The notes under the pieces are model-generated. The model was not told the origin of the DNA. It made no database searches and saw nothing but the letters and a program-made list of their open reading frames with translations. A stretch of 64,000 bases of DNA from Macrostomum lignano (taxonomy: Eukaryota): assembly GCA_002269645.1 (NCBI GenBank), contig NIVC01001076.1, positions 65,591-129,590 of the forward strand, given 5' to 3'. Shown here in pieces: positions 48,335 through 61,440 of the stretch. Position numbers and translations under genes: made by a program. Within the stretch, counting starts at the first letter, position 1; each line of letters begins with the position of its first letter.

Positions 48335-49648
48335 ACCTCTCCCAGAGTCTCCCCCAATCTCATTCTGCCTCCCTCAACCTCTCTCAGAGTCTCCCTCAAT
48401 CTCATCCTGCCCTCCCTTAATCTCATCCTGCCTCCCTCAATCTCACCCTGCCCTCCCTTAATCTCATCCTGCCTCCCTTAATCTCATCCTGCCTCCCTCA
48501 ATCTCATCCTGCCTCCCTCAATCTCATCCTGCCCTCCCTTAATCTCATCCTGCCTCCCCCAGTCTCATCCTGCCTTCCTTAATCTCATCCTGCCTCCGTC
48601 AATCTCATCCTACCTCTCTCAATTTCCTTCTGCCTCCCTAGCTCAATCTCTCTCAGAATCTCCCTTAATCTCATTCTGCCTCCCCCAATCTCAGCCTGCC
48701 TCCCCCAATCTCAGCATGCCTCCCTCAATCTCAGCATGCCTCCCTCAATCTCATCCTGCCTTCCTCAATCTTATCCTGCCTCCTCCAATCTCATTCTGCC
48801 TCCCTCAATCTCATCCTGCCTCCCTCAATCTCATCCTGCCTTCCTCAATCTCATCCTGCCTTCCTCAATCTCATCCTGCCTCCCTCAATCTCATCCTGCC
48901 TCCCTCAATCTCATCCTGCCTCCCTCAATCTCATCCTGCCTCCCTCAATCTTATCCCGCCTCCCTCAATCTTATCCTGCCTCCTCCAATCTCATCCTGCC
49001 TCCCTCAATCTCATCCTGCCTCCCTCAATCTCATCCTGCCTCCCTCAATCTCATCCTGCCTCCCTCAATCTCATCCTGCCTCCCTCAATCTCATCCTGCC
49101 TCCCCTAATCTCATCCTGCCTCCCCCAATCTCCTCCTGCCTCCCTCAATCTCATCCTGCCTCCCTCAATCTCATCCTGCCTCCCTAGCTCAATCTCTTTC
49201 ATAGTCTCCTTATATCCCTCAATCTCATTCCGCCTCCCTCAATCTCATCCTGCCTCCCTCAATCTCATCCTGCCTCCCCCAATCTCCTCCTGCCTCCCCC
49301 AATCTCATCCTGCCTTCCCCAATCTCATCCTGCCTCCCCCAATCTCCTCCTGCCTCCCCCAATCTCATCCTGCCTTCCCCAATCTCATCCTGCCTCCCCC
49401 AATCTCATCCTGCCTCCCCCAATCTCATCCTGCCTCCCCCAATCTCATCCTGCCTCCCCCAATCTCCTCCTGCCTCCCCCAATCTCATCCTGCCTTCCCC
49501 AATCTCATCCTGCCTCCCCCAATCTCCTCCTGCCTCCCCCAATCTCATCCTGCCTTCCCCAATCTCATCCTGCCTCCCCCAATCTCATCCTGCCTCCCCC
49601 AATCTCATCCTGCCTCCCCCAATCTCATCCTGCCTCCCTCCATCTCTC
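48335..49648. repeat. 20-bp pyrimidine-rich minisatellite CCTCAATCTCATCCTGCCTC (~65 units)
   Basis: Direct observation; explains ORFs 48716-49108 and 48736-49653. Confidence 0.97.
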
Positions 49649-50289
49649 AATAAATTTAAGAAGGCAGCGCCGAAACTGAATATCAACTATGAATTCTAAT
49701 CCAGAAAAATGTCGGCAGGAAGTTTTGGCTTTTAGCGGTTAAACTCAATCTCCCACATTGTAGAATTTTTGTAATGACGGGTTCCGAGAAGCAGCAAAGC
49801 CAGGGTAAAAAAGAACTCCAGAGTTGAGTTACTGCAAAGCCGGATTAGCCAACTTGAAATTCTATATAATTAGCAAAGCTGTCTGGGCCGGGAGTCACGT
49901 GATAATTGGTCATTTATAATTGGCCTCGCGCGATCTGCTGCTCACTTCTAGGCTAATTAACTATAATTGGCTGATCAGGGAGGCAGGAGAAGACTCAAAT
50001 CCCTGATCGAACTTTAATCCGCAATCAAGCGAACAAAATGCCGATGGTTGATCCCCTGGTCTGATTTAAATTGGATGCAAAAAAAGGTTCCTGATTAAGA
50101 ATCTGTCTTCTTTCACACCTTTGTAGGGAACTGGCAGTCAATTATGCACGAGCAAATGAGCATATCAGTTTCTCATGGATGGGATTACATAGTTGAGATA
50201 GAAAAATTCTGGGCTATGTAAAGGCGGTTTGAAGGAGGTCAGTTGACCCCTGCCCCATCTGTTGGTGGGTCGAGGTTTTTTATTTGGCG

Positions 50290-50912
50290 CACTGTCCTTG
50301 GGTGGGGCACTGTCCTTAGGTGGGGGGCACTGTCCTTAGGTGGGGGGGCACTGTCCTTAGGTGGGGGCACTGTCCCTAGGTGGGGGGCACTGTCCTTAGG
50401 TGGGGACACTGTCCTTAGGTGGGGCACTGTCCCTAGGTGGGGGCACTGTCCTTAGGTGGGGGCACTGTCCCTAGGTGGGGACACTGTCCTTAGGTGGGGC
50501 ACTGTCCTTAGGTGGGGGGGGCACTGTCCTTAGGTGGGGGGCACTGTCCTTAGGTGGGCGCACTGTCCTAGGTGGGGGCACTGTCCTTAGGTGGGGCACT
50601 GTCCTTAAGGGACTTGTCCTTAGGTGGGGGCACTGTCCTTAGGTGGGGCACTGTCCTTAGGTGGGGGGGCACTGTCCTTAGGTGGGGCACTGTCCTTAAG
50701 GGACTTGTCTTTAGGTGGGGCACTGTCCTTAGGTGGGGGGCACTGTCCTTAGGTGGGGCACTGTCCTTAGGTGGGGGGCACTGTCCTTAGGTGGGGCACT
50801 GTCCTTAGGTGGGGGGCACTGTCCTTAGGTGGGGCACTGTCCTTAAGGGACTTGTCCTTAGGTGGGGCACAGTCCTTAGGGGCATTGTCCTCCTTGGGGC
50901 ACTGTCTGCGGG
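50290..50912. repeat. ~19-22-bp G-rich minisatellite GGGCACTGTCCTTAGGTGG(G)n
   Basis: Variable G-run length; GGTCAG(T/C)TGACCCC palindromic motifs at both flanks (50237, 50917). Confidence 0.93.
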
Positions 50913-51559
50913 GTGGGGGTCAGCTGACCCCTCTCATTCTCGGGACCACCCTAGGTCCACTCCAAGAATACATGATGCCTATTCTTTTTCGATTTTCAAT
51001 CAGGAAGTCGTACTTTAGCATTTTAACGATTGGCAAATATTCAAAAACTTCTAGAGAAGGTTAATTTATATATTCTATCCATTATAATGTCGGCTTAACC
51101 ACCATTTGCCACGCTAAAAAGGCCTCTGACTGCACGGACTGAGAATTGGGAGAGCGAAGAGAAATCGTTAAGTGAGATTGAGCCGGAGTGGAGAAGGCTG
51201 CTCATTCAGGTGCACTGGCCCGCGATGCATTATGATAATGAGGCGCCCCCCCCCGAGGCTTGAAAAGCGCAGGCGTATGGCGAAAGTTTTCAGCCTGGGC
51301 TGAGGATTAAGGCGGGATTAAATCGGGGGGGGGGGAAGGAGAGTTGGTTGAGGACGAGTTTTGCCACCCGCCGCACATGATTAATGACCGCCGACACAGT
51401 CCACTGCATCTTTGGGAAATCTGAAGTCGAAGGGGAGAGCAGTTTGATGGGCTCCGGTTCACTGACTGGCAAGCCTTCTCTGGCTTGGAAATATCGCCAT
51501 TCTTTTAGCTGACTTTCCTATGGCTTTGATATATCAGTAAATAATAGCTCAGATTTTAC

Positions 51560-51893
51560 CCGCTGATTTCCGCCCCATGTCAAACCTACTCTCCCGAAAT
51601 CCGCCCCAATAAAACCTGCTCCTCTGTGAAATCCGCCCCCTATCAAACCTACTTCCCCGAAATCCGCCCCCTATCAAACCTACTCCCCCGAAATCCGCCC
51701 CCTATTTAACCTACTCCCCCGAAATCCGCCCCCCTATTCAACCTACTCCCCCGAAATCCGCCCCCCTATTCAACCTACTCCCCCGAAATCCGCCCCCTAT
51801 TCAACCTACTCCCCCGAAATCCGCCCCCTATTCAACCTACTCCCCCGAAATCCGCCCCCCTATTCAACCTCCCAGAATCCGCCCCCCTATTAA
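51560..51893. repeat. ~30-bp C-rich minisatellite GAAATCCGCCCCCTATTCAACCTACTCCCC
   Basis: About 11 units. Confidence 0.92.
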
Positions 51894-53444
51894 ACATAGT
51901 TAAAAGCACTGTTCAAGCAAACAGCCGAGTCCAGACAACAATGTCCAAATTAGGAATCTGTAAACTTAAATCTGCCAGAGAAAAACACAGAAAACAAGTT
52001 CATTCAGCTAATAAGGCGGTGCTTATTAGACGGTTAGCCCCTTGTGTTGACTGACATTAGTACTGATTGATTGACACTATATATGCGCAAACAATACTTT
52101 TATATGGCGGTACCTAGCGTAGTACAACACTGAAAGAGCTGCCCGACCCAGCAATATCACAGATGGCCAGTCTGAACAAGGACAAGCAATAAGAGATGAT
52201 GGCGCGTTTGTTAAAAGAGCATCCAATCGAATGCGGAATATTCTCTAGACAAAGTGGGTCTGAAAAATCTTATATTCAATATGGCCGCTATGCGCCGCAG
52301 ATTTTTACCCTAGAATTGGGGGTGGTGCCAAAATGCAAAAGGCCTGGTCACAACCCTCGGTAGATGAGACACTGTGATAAATAAATACGGTTGAATCGGT
52401 CTTTGTCGCTTAATTCCCACTTTTTTATCCAGTGGGTCCAGACTGCGTGATTAAAATCTTGGCTATACGAACGTAGCAAGTTATTTTTTGCAATTGCAAA
52501 CGGGTGGCAGTTTGGCACATTCAAGGAGATTTGAACATTGAAACTGGATTTGATATAAGATACGGTTGCTTTTATGGTTACAAGCAATGCCTATTTTATT
52601 TTTAATATTCGTAATTAAAATTTTTCTATGGTTCTGCCCGCACCACCGACACGGATCAAGAGTTTGCTTCCAAAAAAACCCTTCTCTAGTCTAGTCACAT
52701 GACATGAACCAGTCATGATTTATTTAGTCTAAATGCGCACTTGTCTATGGCCAAGAGCCAGTTGCTCAAACTGTTGGTTGACAATTGCAGTAGGGTATCC
52801 TTCGTTCGTGCTGTCCGAAAGGCAGTATAGAGCAATCCAGATTCTTGGCTCTGGGTCCCCTTGGCAGTGCAAACCACTAACTTTAGTCAGGCTCTCCCTT
52901 GATTCTCCTAATTTTACCATCTCTAGACTTTATATTTTACATTAGCTATAAGAAACATTGTAGCAGTGGACCCATTGTGTCTGAAGCGAGTTTCGAACCC
53001 AACTTCTACACTCCTTTTTCACAGCTCGATGACTTGCTTGCGTTCTGAACAAACGTTTTCGGGGGGGGGGGAGGGTCTTGGGGATATCCTGACGTGTCTT
53101 TCTTCCCTGCATTCGCTTCCCGTCATTTCCTGTGTCATTTTTTTAACTCTCCACCCACTCAACTGGACTGCCTAACTGGCTGAATTAATTATATTTAAAT
53201 CAAAAGGCAATTATGCTAATATTAAAAAACTTTTGAACCGAATCATCAGTTATTGGCAGAAATGCAAGGACTGTGTTATGCAATTTAAACACACACACAC
53301 AGTATGGCTAATGGCTTTGGTTTCTTTTCTTCCAAATTAGGAAATCTTAACTGATAATCTATGGAATTCGAATGTCAACTTATAAATAGTACCGTTTCTC
53401 CGCTATGGCACGCGGCACGCCTAATGACCCCTAATGCTCGGCGC

Positions 53445-54526
53445 CCCAATGTCCCTGCCGGCGCCTTAATATCACTGCCGGTGCCCCAATGATAACTTCG
53501 GCGCCCTAATGATAACTTCGGCGACCGAATGATAACTTCGGCGCCCTAATGATAACTTCGGCGCCCTAATGATAACTTCGGCAACCCAATGATAAACTTC
53601 GGCGCCCTAATGATAACTTCGGCGCCCTAATGATAACTTCGACGACCCAATGATAACTTCGGCGCCCTAATGATAACTTCGGCGCCCCAACGATAATTTC
53701 TACGCCCCCCACTGATAACTTCGGCGCCCCCCAATGATAACTTCGGCGCCCCCAATGATAACTTCGGCGCCCCCAATGATAACTTCGGCGCCCCCAATGA
53801 TAACTTCGGCGCCCCCAATGATAACTTCGGCGCCCCCCAATGATAACTTCGGCGCCCCCCAATGATAACTTCGGCGCCCCCCAATGATAACTTCGGCGCC
53901 CCCCAATGATAACTTCGGCGCCCCCCAATGATAACTTCGGCGCCCCCCAATGATAACTTCGGCGACCCAATGATAACTTCGGCGCCCCCCAATGATAACT
54001 TCGGCGCCCCCCAATGATAACTTCGGCGCCCCCAATGATAACTTCGGCGCCCCCCAATGATAACTTCGGCGACCCAATGATAACTTCGGCGCCCCCAATG
54101 ATAACTTCGGCGCCCCCCAATGATAACTTCGGCGCCCCAATGATAACTTCGGCGGCCCCCAATGATAACTTCGGCGCCCCCCAATGATAACTTCGGCGAC
54201 CCAATGATAACTTCGGCGCCCCCCAATGATAACTTCGGCGACCCAATGATAACTTCGGCGCCCCCCAATGATAACTTCGGCGCCCCCCAATGATAACTTC
54301 GGCGCCCCCCAATGATAACTTCGGCGCCCCCCAATGATAACTTCGGCGCCCTAATGATAACTTCGGCGCCCCAACGATAATTTCTACGCCCCCCACTGAT
54401 AACTTCGGCGCCCCCCAATGATAACTTCGGCGCCCCCCAATGATAACTTCGGCGCCCCCCAATGATAACTTCGGCGCCCCCCAATGATAACTTCGGCGCC
54501 CCCCAATGATAACTTCGGCGCCCCAA
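53445..54526. repeat. 21-23-bp minisatellite AATGATAACTTCGGCGCCCC(C)n
   Basis: About 48 units; a gradient from degenerate units at the left end. Confidence 0.97.
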
Positions 54527-55826
54527 ATTCTATAAAAAAGATTCCGACAAATTCACACCACAAGAAGAGCCACACAAGGCTAGAAATACAGTCTGATAGG
54601 GTAAAGTCAGACCCGTGAGGCATCAGACAGACCGACTCCTGCATTTTTCTAATACATAAGAAAAGATGGTGCAGCTGAAAAATAGGCCAATACAAGACTA
54701 AGTACCATAGCAGAGGATAAGAAAGAATTATTTAAATCAGCTTAGTCAGACAGATAGAGAAAGAGCTGGTCAATTGTCCTACACAGAGCTCATATATCCA
54801 TAGCATTGTGTCTGTAGCACACAGCGGGCGGTCTGTCAGGGCCAGTGGCTAAGTTATATTATTATAAGCTATTGCTTTATAAATTAAGAGCGGTATCATC
54901 ACACACACAGAGAGAGAGGGTGCGGTGCGGGCTTGAGCTGGAAAATACAGTCGTCTGCTGCTCAACTGACCGTCTGCTACTCCGGCCGGCCGGGTAAAGG
55001 GCTGCTTTTGTGCTATACCGGGAGACCACGGGGGGGGGGGGTTAGTGACAGTAAGTTTGTGACTGTATGCGATCGGTCTTAATAGAAGTAAGCCAAGGGT
55101 AAGAGACAGAGCGGTCAGAGTCACCCACCCACCGACAGAGAAGAAACTCAGCACCAAAAATTATTATTGAAGCAGTTTAGACTCTCCAGATGGCGGATTA
55201 AAGACTCCCACATTCAACTGTGCAGGAATATTTGCTAGTGTGGGGAATGCGGAGGGGATAAATGAGGGAAGAGTGGGATCGGTTAGACAGCTCTCTGGTT
55301 GGCTGGGCCAGAGCCTCACCAGCCTCTGCCATTGGCTGTGCACTGTGCTGCCCGCCAACCTCTGCTTTCGCGAAAGCCGGGCAAGGCCCCGAGCCAGTCT
55401 GTTCCACCAACCCGCCGCCCCTCCTCTCTCCGAGCCCCCTTCAGTCTTTCTATTTCTCTCCTCTCCAGCCCCGCTGCGGGACAGGCCGTGTCAAGAAAGC
55501 GAGTATAAATTTTGACATTTTATTACACATTTTGACAGTCGCGCCTCCCCACTTGCAAGCACAAGCCCCGACTGGCGCTCGTCAATAATAATTAACCTCT
55601 CGCTAGACGGTCGAGCCGCGAAATCCTCTCGATCTCTTCCCCCCCTCTCTCTCTCTCACTCTCGACTGTCTTCTTCCCCCCGTCAAGTCCGACTTCATCT
55701 GACCAGACTTGAGCTGACAGCTGAGCCATCAACAGGCCCGGGAACAGACACACACACACACACACACACACACTCTCTCTCTCTCTCTCTGTCCCGTCAC
55801 ACGCAAGTCCCCCATTTCCTGTTCAC

Positions 55827-55859
55827 ATGTCGGCGGCACAGCAGCAGCAGCAGCAGCGC
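55827..55859 (+). CDS. meis: Meis/homothorax exon 1 (coding part)
   Basis: ATG TCG GCG GCA (CAG)6 CGC|GTAAGT = MSAAQQQQQQR, phase 0; resembles vertebrate MAQR|Y as I recall it. Confidence 0.75.
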
Positions 55860-55978
55860 GTAAGTACCCACAAATAATGCAACTTGACAAGTCAGTCACA
55901 GCGGTGACGTGACGAGAGGCCCGCCCGGCTCTCATAGCTGAATATAAGCAGCATGCATTCAATTTGATTCTGCTTCAG

Positions 55979-56211
55979 CAGCAGCAGCAGTATGCCGACG
56001 CTTCGACTGGCGGAACGGGCGGCGGAGTTGGCGGCAGCGACTGTCCCAGTCTGTCGCCGGCGTCGCAGGGCCAGTCTGGTTCAAAGCCGTCGGCAGCGTC
56101 TGCAGCAGCCGCGGCAGCAGCTGTGGCAGCCGCCTCCTGCGGATCGTCCGGTTTCGGCCCCGGCGCCTCTTCGGCCGAGGATTCTAAGAAAGGTCGAGAT
56201 CAGATTCACGG
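55979..56211 (+). CDS. meis: Meis/homothorax exon 2
   Basis: ttgattctgcttcag| then QQQQYADAS...AAAAAAAVAAA...SKKGRDQIH G|GTGAGT (phase 2), joining exon 3 as DQIHG-HPLFP. Confidence 0.85.
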
Positions 56212-56317
56212 GTGAGTTTGTGAGTTTGTCTGCACTGATTGAAAATAAGGAATCATTTCGTCTTCATTGTTTTATTTTTCTATCATGTGTGTTCATTAGA
56301 CTAGCGAGGATAGTAGA

Positions 56318-56858
56318 GTAGCTAAGAGAGTAGCTTGTATAAATGGTAGAGTAGCTTGCATGAATGGTAGTGTAGCTTGCATGAATGGTAGAGTAGCTTG
56401 CATAAATGGTAGTGTAGCTTGCATGAATGGTAGTGTAGCTTGCATGAATGGTAGTGTAGCTTGCATAAATGGTAGAGTAGCTTGCATGAATGGTAGTGTA
56501 GCTTGCATAAATGGTAGTGTAGCTTGCATGAATGGTAGTGTAGCTTGCATAAATGGTAGAGTAGCTTGCATGAATGGTAGTGTAGCTTGCATGAATGGTA
56601 GTGTAGCTTGCATAAATGGTAGAGTAGCTTGCATGAATGGTAGTGTAGCTTGCATAAATGGTAGAGTAGCTTGCATGAATGGCAGAGTAGCTTGCATAAA
56701 TGGTAGAGTAGCTTGCATGAATGGTAGTGTAGCTTGCATAAATGGTAGAGTAGCTTGCATGAATGGTAGTGTAGCTTGCATGAATGGTAGTGTAGCTTGC
56801 ATGAATGGTAGTGTAGCTTGCATAAATGGTAGAGTAGCTTGCATAAATGGTAGAGTAG
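56318..56858. repeat. 21-bp minisatellite GTAGCTTGCAT(G/A)AATGGTAG(T/A) in Meis intron 2
   Basis: About 25 units; explains ORFs at 56296-57022. Confidence 0.97.
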
Positions 56859-57944
56859 CCTGGTTAGAAGCAATGGTTGATATCAGTGAATCAGTACAGA
56901 ACGCAATGCCTAAAAGCAGTCATCCAGATACACTAGCATCCAAGCGCACACAAAGTCAAAGATACTCCAGCTGCTTGTTGTGCCCAAGTATATATTTTAT
57001 ATATCGAGGCCAAATAATGTAATGTTTAGTGACAATAAAACTGCACAAGCATTATATGCATACTATATAATACTACACATGTATGCACAAGTCAGAGAGG
57101 GCCCTGGCTATAAGTAAAGTCAGCATCAGGCAAGAGAGGTACTAACTAATGCTATAGCTAACCATTGACTTTATCCAATCCACTGAGTCCGCCTCACCGG
57201 GGGGGGGGGGTTGCTAACTTGCCTCCCTCTCATCCGGATTCATGGGGAGACGGTTAAGGAGGGAAGGGGAGCTCGACTCGAGATTAAGACTGTTTGCTCA
57301 ATCTGCAGATATAGCCATGCGGTCAGTAGCAGCGGTTTCCCCAATGTGTTTACACTGCGCTGCATAGATAGATAGCAGGGAGCCTTCGGATCCGGCCTCT
57401 GCTACATCTAGTTCTCTCTCTCTCTCTCTCTCTCTCTCCTTCTCTCTCCCTTAATCTACTTCTCTCCCCTCTACTTCCTAAAAGCTAAGCACTCAAGTAT
57501 GTTAACAGAGGACTATACTATATTAAGATACCAGCTGAGGCCTGAAATTGCTTTATCGGGGTCACTCTAAATTCCCCCAAATCTGGCAATATTTATTGCA
57601 GTGTGGCAGCTAAACAGGTGTTGCCAGCAGTCAGCATATTGATAATGGCTTTGAAATAGTGTATTTTTTCAGCAGTTATATACGGATTCCAAAGCAATTT
57701 ATAGGCTCTCATATCGTTTCTTTATCGAATCAATTTTATTTCCAAAATGGCCTATCTAATTTATAATTAATAATTTTACTGTGTATATATATGCATGTAA
57801 GGCAGGCAGGCACACAAACTTAAGTAAACTCACTTAGCTTGAACTGGTCTGTAAACATAGAGAGATTATAATACTTAATCTCATTCATTTTCCCTGCTTA
57901 CATTCAAAGTTTTTCTGAGGGTAAAAAATCCCTTGCGAAGTTTA

Positions 57945-58396
57945 GGTCTAATAAAGTGTAGGTCTTGTGGAGTTTAGGTCTAATGAAGTTTAGGTTTCAT
58001 GAATTTAGGTCCCATGAAGTTTAGGTCTAATGAAGCTTAGGTCTAATGAAGTTTAGGTCTAACGAAGCTTAGGTCTAATGAAGTTTAGGTTTCATGAATT
58101 TAGGTCTCATGAAGTTTAGGTCCCATGAAGTTTAGGTCTCATGAAGTTTAGGTCCCATGAAGTTTAGGTCTCATGAAGTTTAGGTCCCATGAAGTTTAGG
58201 TCTCATGAAGTTTAGGTCCCATGAAGTTTAGGTCTCATGAAGTTTAGGTCCCATGAAGCTTAGGTCTAATGAAGTTTAGGTCCCATGAAGTTTAGGTCTT
58301 GTGAAGCTTAGGTCTCATAAAGTTTAGGTCTTGTGAAGCTTAGGTCTCATAAAGTTTAGGCCTTACGAAGCTTAGGTCCTATGAAGTTTAGGTCTG
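57945..58396. repeat. 16-bp minisatellite GAAGTTTAGGTC(C/T)CAT in Meis intron 2
   Basis: About 28 units. Confidence 0.95.
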
Positions 58397-59878
58397 ATGA
58401 AAGTGGATGCTTAGGCGATGTGAAATTTATGTATTGTGAAATCGCCCACTTCTTCAAGTGTCTGCAATACTTGTAACACTTCTAACAGATAGACAATGAC
58501 CAGCAATTGCTATGCGGTGTCCTTCAAGGACCTAATTATGATAGTTTCGAGACACTCAAACGGCGCATATCTCAGCAATCGGTGGTATCCATGGAAATAG
58601 GGGGGGGGGGTAAAAGGTTGGTTTTCTAGGGAAAAAGGGGGAGATTATTTGTGGCTGAGATAGGGATTTCAACTCGTCGTATAGGAGGGGATTTCGCATC
58701 CTTTGGGATTAATCAGACAAATGGCATTGCACTCCCCCCACCCGGGAGTCGCCACCATGCAGGAGCAGCGCAGGGACCAGAAACTTCTCATCCCTATGCC
58801 TATATAGAGATATATTATACACAATAAATAAGCACCATTCCCCTATATATATATGAAGGGAATATTACATATAGACTGCCGGCAAAGGCAATCCATCACC
58901 ATTTTTAGGCTCATGCAGGCACCCAAAAATGTGTAGGGTAGAGAGGTTGGTGGGTTAGGAAATAAAGATAGGGTAAGGGTTACCGTAACCCGGCCCAATT
59001 CTCAATAATAACTCATTGTAGATATAAGCGCAGAATCTGGGACTGCATCGGTTGATGTCACAGATGAGGCCCGTATGGCCTCCCCTGCCTGCCCCTGCCA
59101 TTGTTTCTGCAATTTGCGGCCATCGCATTCTCCTCATTCCCATAACCTATGCAAGCAGCATGCCCAAACCTAGGGGGAGTGGCCGTTCATTATTTATTAC
59201 CTGCGCTTGGGCCTGGAGTCTCCTTGATCCCTTCTTCATCTGCAGGCCTTCCCCATATCTGACTTTGTATCTAAAGTATATATACAATACCATACCATAC
59301 CATACCATACCATACCATACCATAGGTAAGCTAAAAAATAGAGAGCGACTTCCAGTCCAGGTTCCAATTTTATCAGAAGTCTATGGTTGAAAAAGTAGAG
59401 TAATATATATATTGTAATATCATGGTATATATACATACATATACATATTATTACCTCTATAAGGGAGGCCACCCATCACAGGGCTGTCACGGATTCGATG
59501 GGACAATGTTGATGGCTTTGTGCGAGTCTGCGCTGTGTGCGCGAACGTAGCACGTTTGGTAAATAAAGGTGGGAAGAGAGGGTATGACAGAGAGAAGAGA
59601 GAGAGAGAGTCAAGTCACTCGACCTCTAGGCTCTTCCCCTCTTAGCTTCCCAAATTGGCAATATCGTATACACACACACGCATATTTATGCATTCACGTA
59701 CACAGCGGTGCAATATAAACCAATAATCTCCTAAAATAATCTTGACTGGCTGGACAAAGGATTGCCCGGCCCTCTTTCGTAACTGCAAACCGGTTTCGAA
59801 ACCTCAACCTGCAATACCTCATGAACGCGCCTGTTTAAACCACTGATAAATATTTGACAACTGTTCGCATTGTTGCAG

Positions 59879-60020
59879 CCATCCGCTGTTCCCTCTGCTC
59901 TGCCTGATTTTCGAGAAGTGCGAGCTGGCAACCTGCGCTCCCAGGGATCCTTCGGTGCCTGGCGGGGACATCTGCAGCAGCCAGAGCTTCGAGCAGGACA
60001 TCGCGGAGTTCGCCAGGGAG
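59879..60020 (+). CDS. meis: Meis/homothorax exon 3 (MEINOX/HM1 domain)
   Basis: cattgttgcag|C CAT CCG...GAG|GTGAGT; [47 protein letters not shown] is nearly identical to the MEIS/Hth HM1 domain; 142 nt. Confidence 0.97.
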
Positions 60021-60028
60021 GTGAGTAA

Positions 60029-60258
<230 letters not shown>

Positions 60259-60564
60259 CATGTATCTATCCATGTATCTCAGAATCATTCGGTCTCAAAA
60301 GTATACTCCTAAAAACAAGAGTAGGTCAGTTGGTTTGCAGTCGGAGATCAAGCAAAAGAATCATGGGATTTGCTTATCCTACTATAAGCAGCTGGGCACA
60401 GCTGGCCAAGGACGGCAAAGGGTAAGAGGGTTGGCAAGTCAAAAGCAATGAGGTTCCAGAGCGAGCAGCCTGTTCCACCATGGCACACAAACAGAGAGAG
60501 AGGCGGGGCTGGCAGACAGACACAGTGGGATCTCCCTTCCTCCCCAGTCCTCGCCGCCCGCCGC

Positions 60565-60566
<2 letters not shown>

Positions 60567-60646
<80 letters not shown>
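60567..60646. repeat. (GA)n microsatellite
   Basis: About 40 units. Confidence 0.98.
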
Positions 60647-60648
<2 letters not shown>

Positions 60649-61054
60649 CTCGCTTGCTGCTTCACTCGGCGCTCTGCGGGCGGAGCAGATCAATCAAAAG
60701 CTGTCATGGCTTCCCGATCCCGGATCCCCCCAGCCGCCCCCCGAGAGAATCCAGGTCCCATACACCTGGTATGGCCAAGCATAGCCAAGGTTGATTTGCT
60801 ATTGAGGGTCTTGAAGAGAGCAACTGCCAAAAGAGCCGCCACCGCTTGTCGCATTTATTACGGACTTGCCCTTCAACTTCCTTTTAGCTGCTGCCACTGT
60901 TATTATACAGCTTAGTGTGTGTATTTTATAGTTCCTAATCTCGGAATAACGCAATTACTTATTTAACTTAGTCATTTTTACTTACTGTGATTCTTTTAAC
61001 CCACTTCAGTATGGCAATTTAAAAAAATTGTATCTTTATGTCTGTTTTAATTTT

Positions 61055-61440
61055 AAAAATGGCAGTTTCCAATTAAAAATGGCAGTTTCCAATTAAAAAT
61101 GGCAGTTTCCAATTAAAATGGCAGTTTCCTATTAAAAATGGCAGATTCCTATTAAAATGGCAGTTTCCTATTAAAAATGGCAGTTCCCATTTAAAAATGG
61201 CAGTTTCCAATTAAAATGGCAGCTTCCAATTAAAAATGGCAGTTTCCTATTAAAATGGCAGTTTCCTATTAAAAATAGCAGTTTCCATTTTAAAATGGCA
61301 GCTTCCAATTAAAAATAGCAGTTTCCATTTTAAAATGGCACCTTCTCAATTAAAAATGGCATCTTTAGATTCGGAATGGCATTTTAAAATCCAATATGGC
61401 ATGTATAAAACCAAAATGGCAGTTTCAAACTTAAAAAATG
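61055..61440. repeat. ~20-bp minisatellite AAAATGGCAGTTTCCAATTA in Meis intron 3
   Basis: About 17 units decaying rightwards. Confidence 0.92.

Noticed and set aside
55992-56321. ATG-initiated 109-aa ORF MPTLRL...
   Set aside because: Wrong phase for joining the HPLFP exon; the QQQQYAD frame fits both neighbouring exons.
53566-57022. ~300-aa GGAEVII/RRSYHW and MQATLPF/MNGSVAC ORFs
   Set aside because: Minisatellite translations.
57945-58396. TTAGG-containing array as an interstitial telomere
   Set aside because: TTAGG is embedded in a 16-bp unit rather than being a pure (TTAGG)n or (TTAGGG)n tract.
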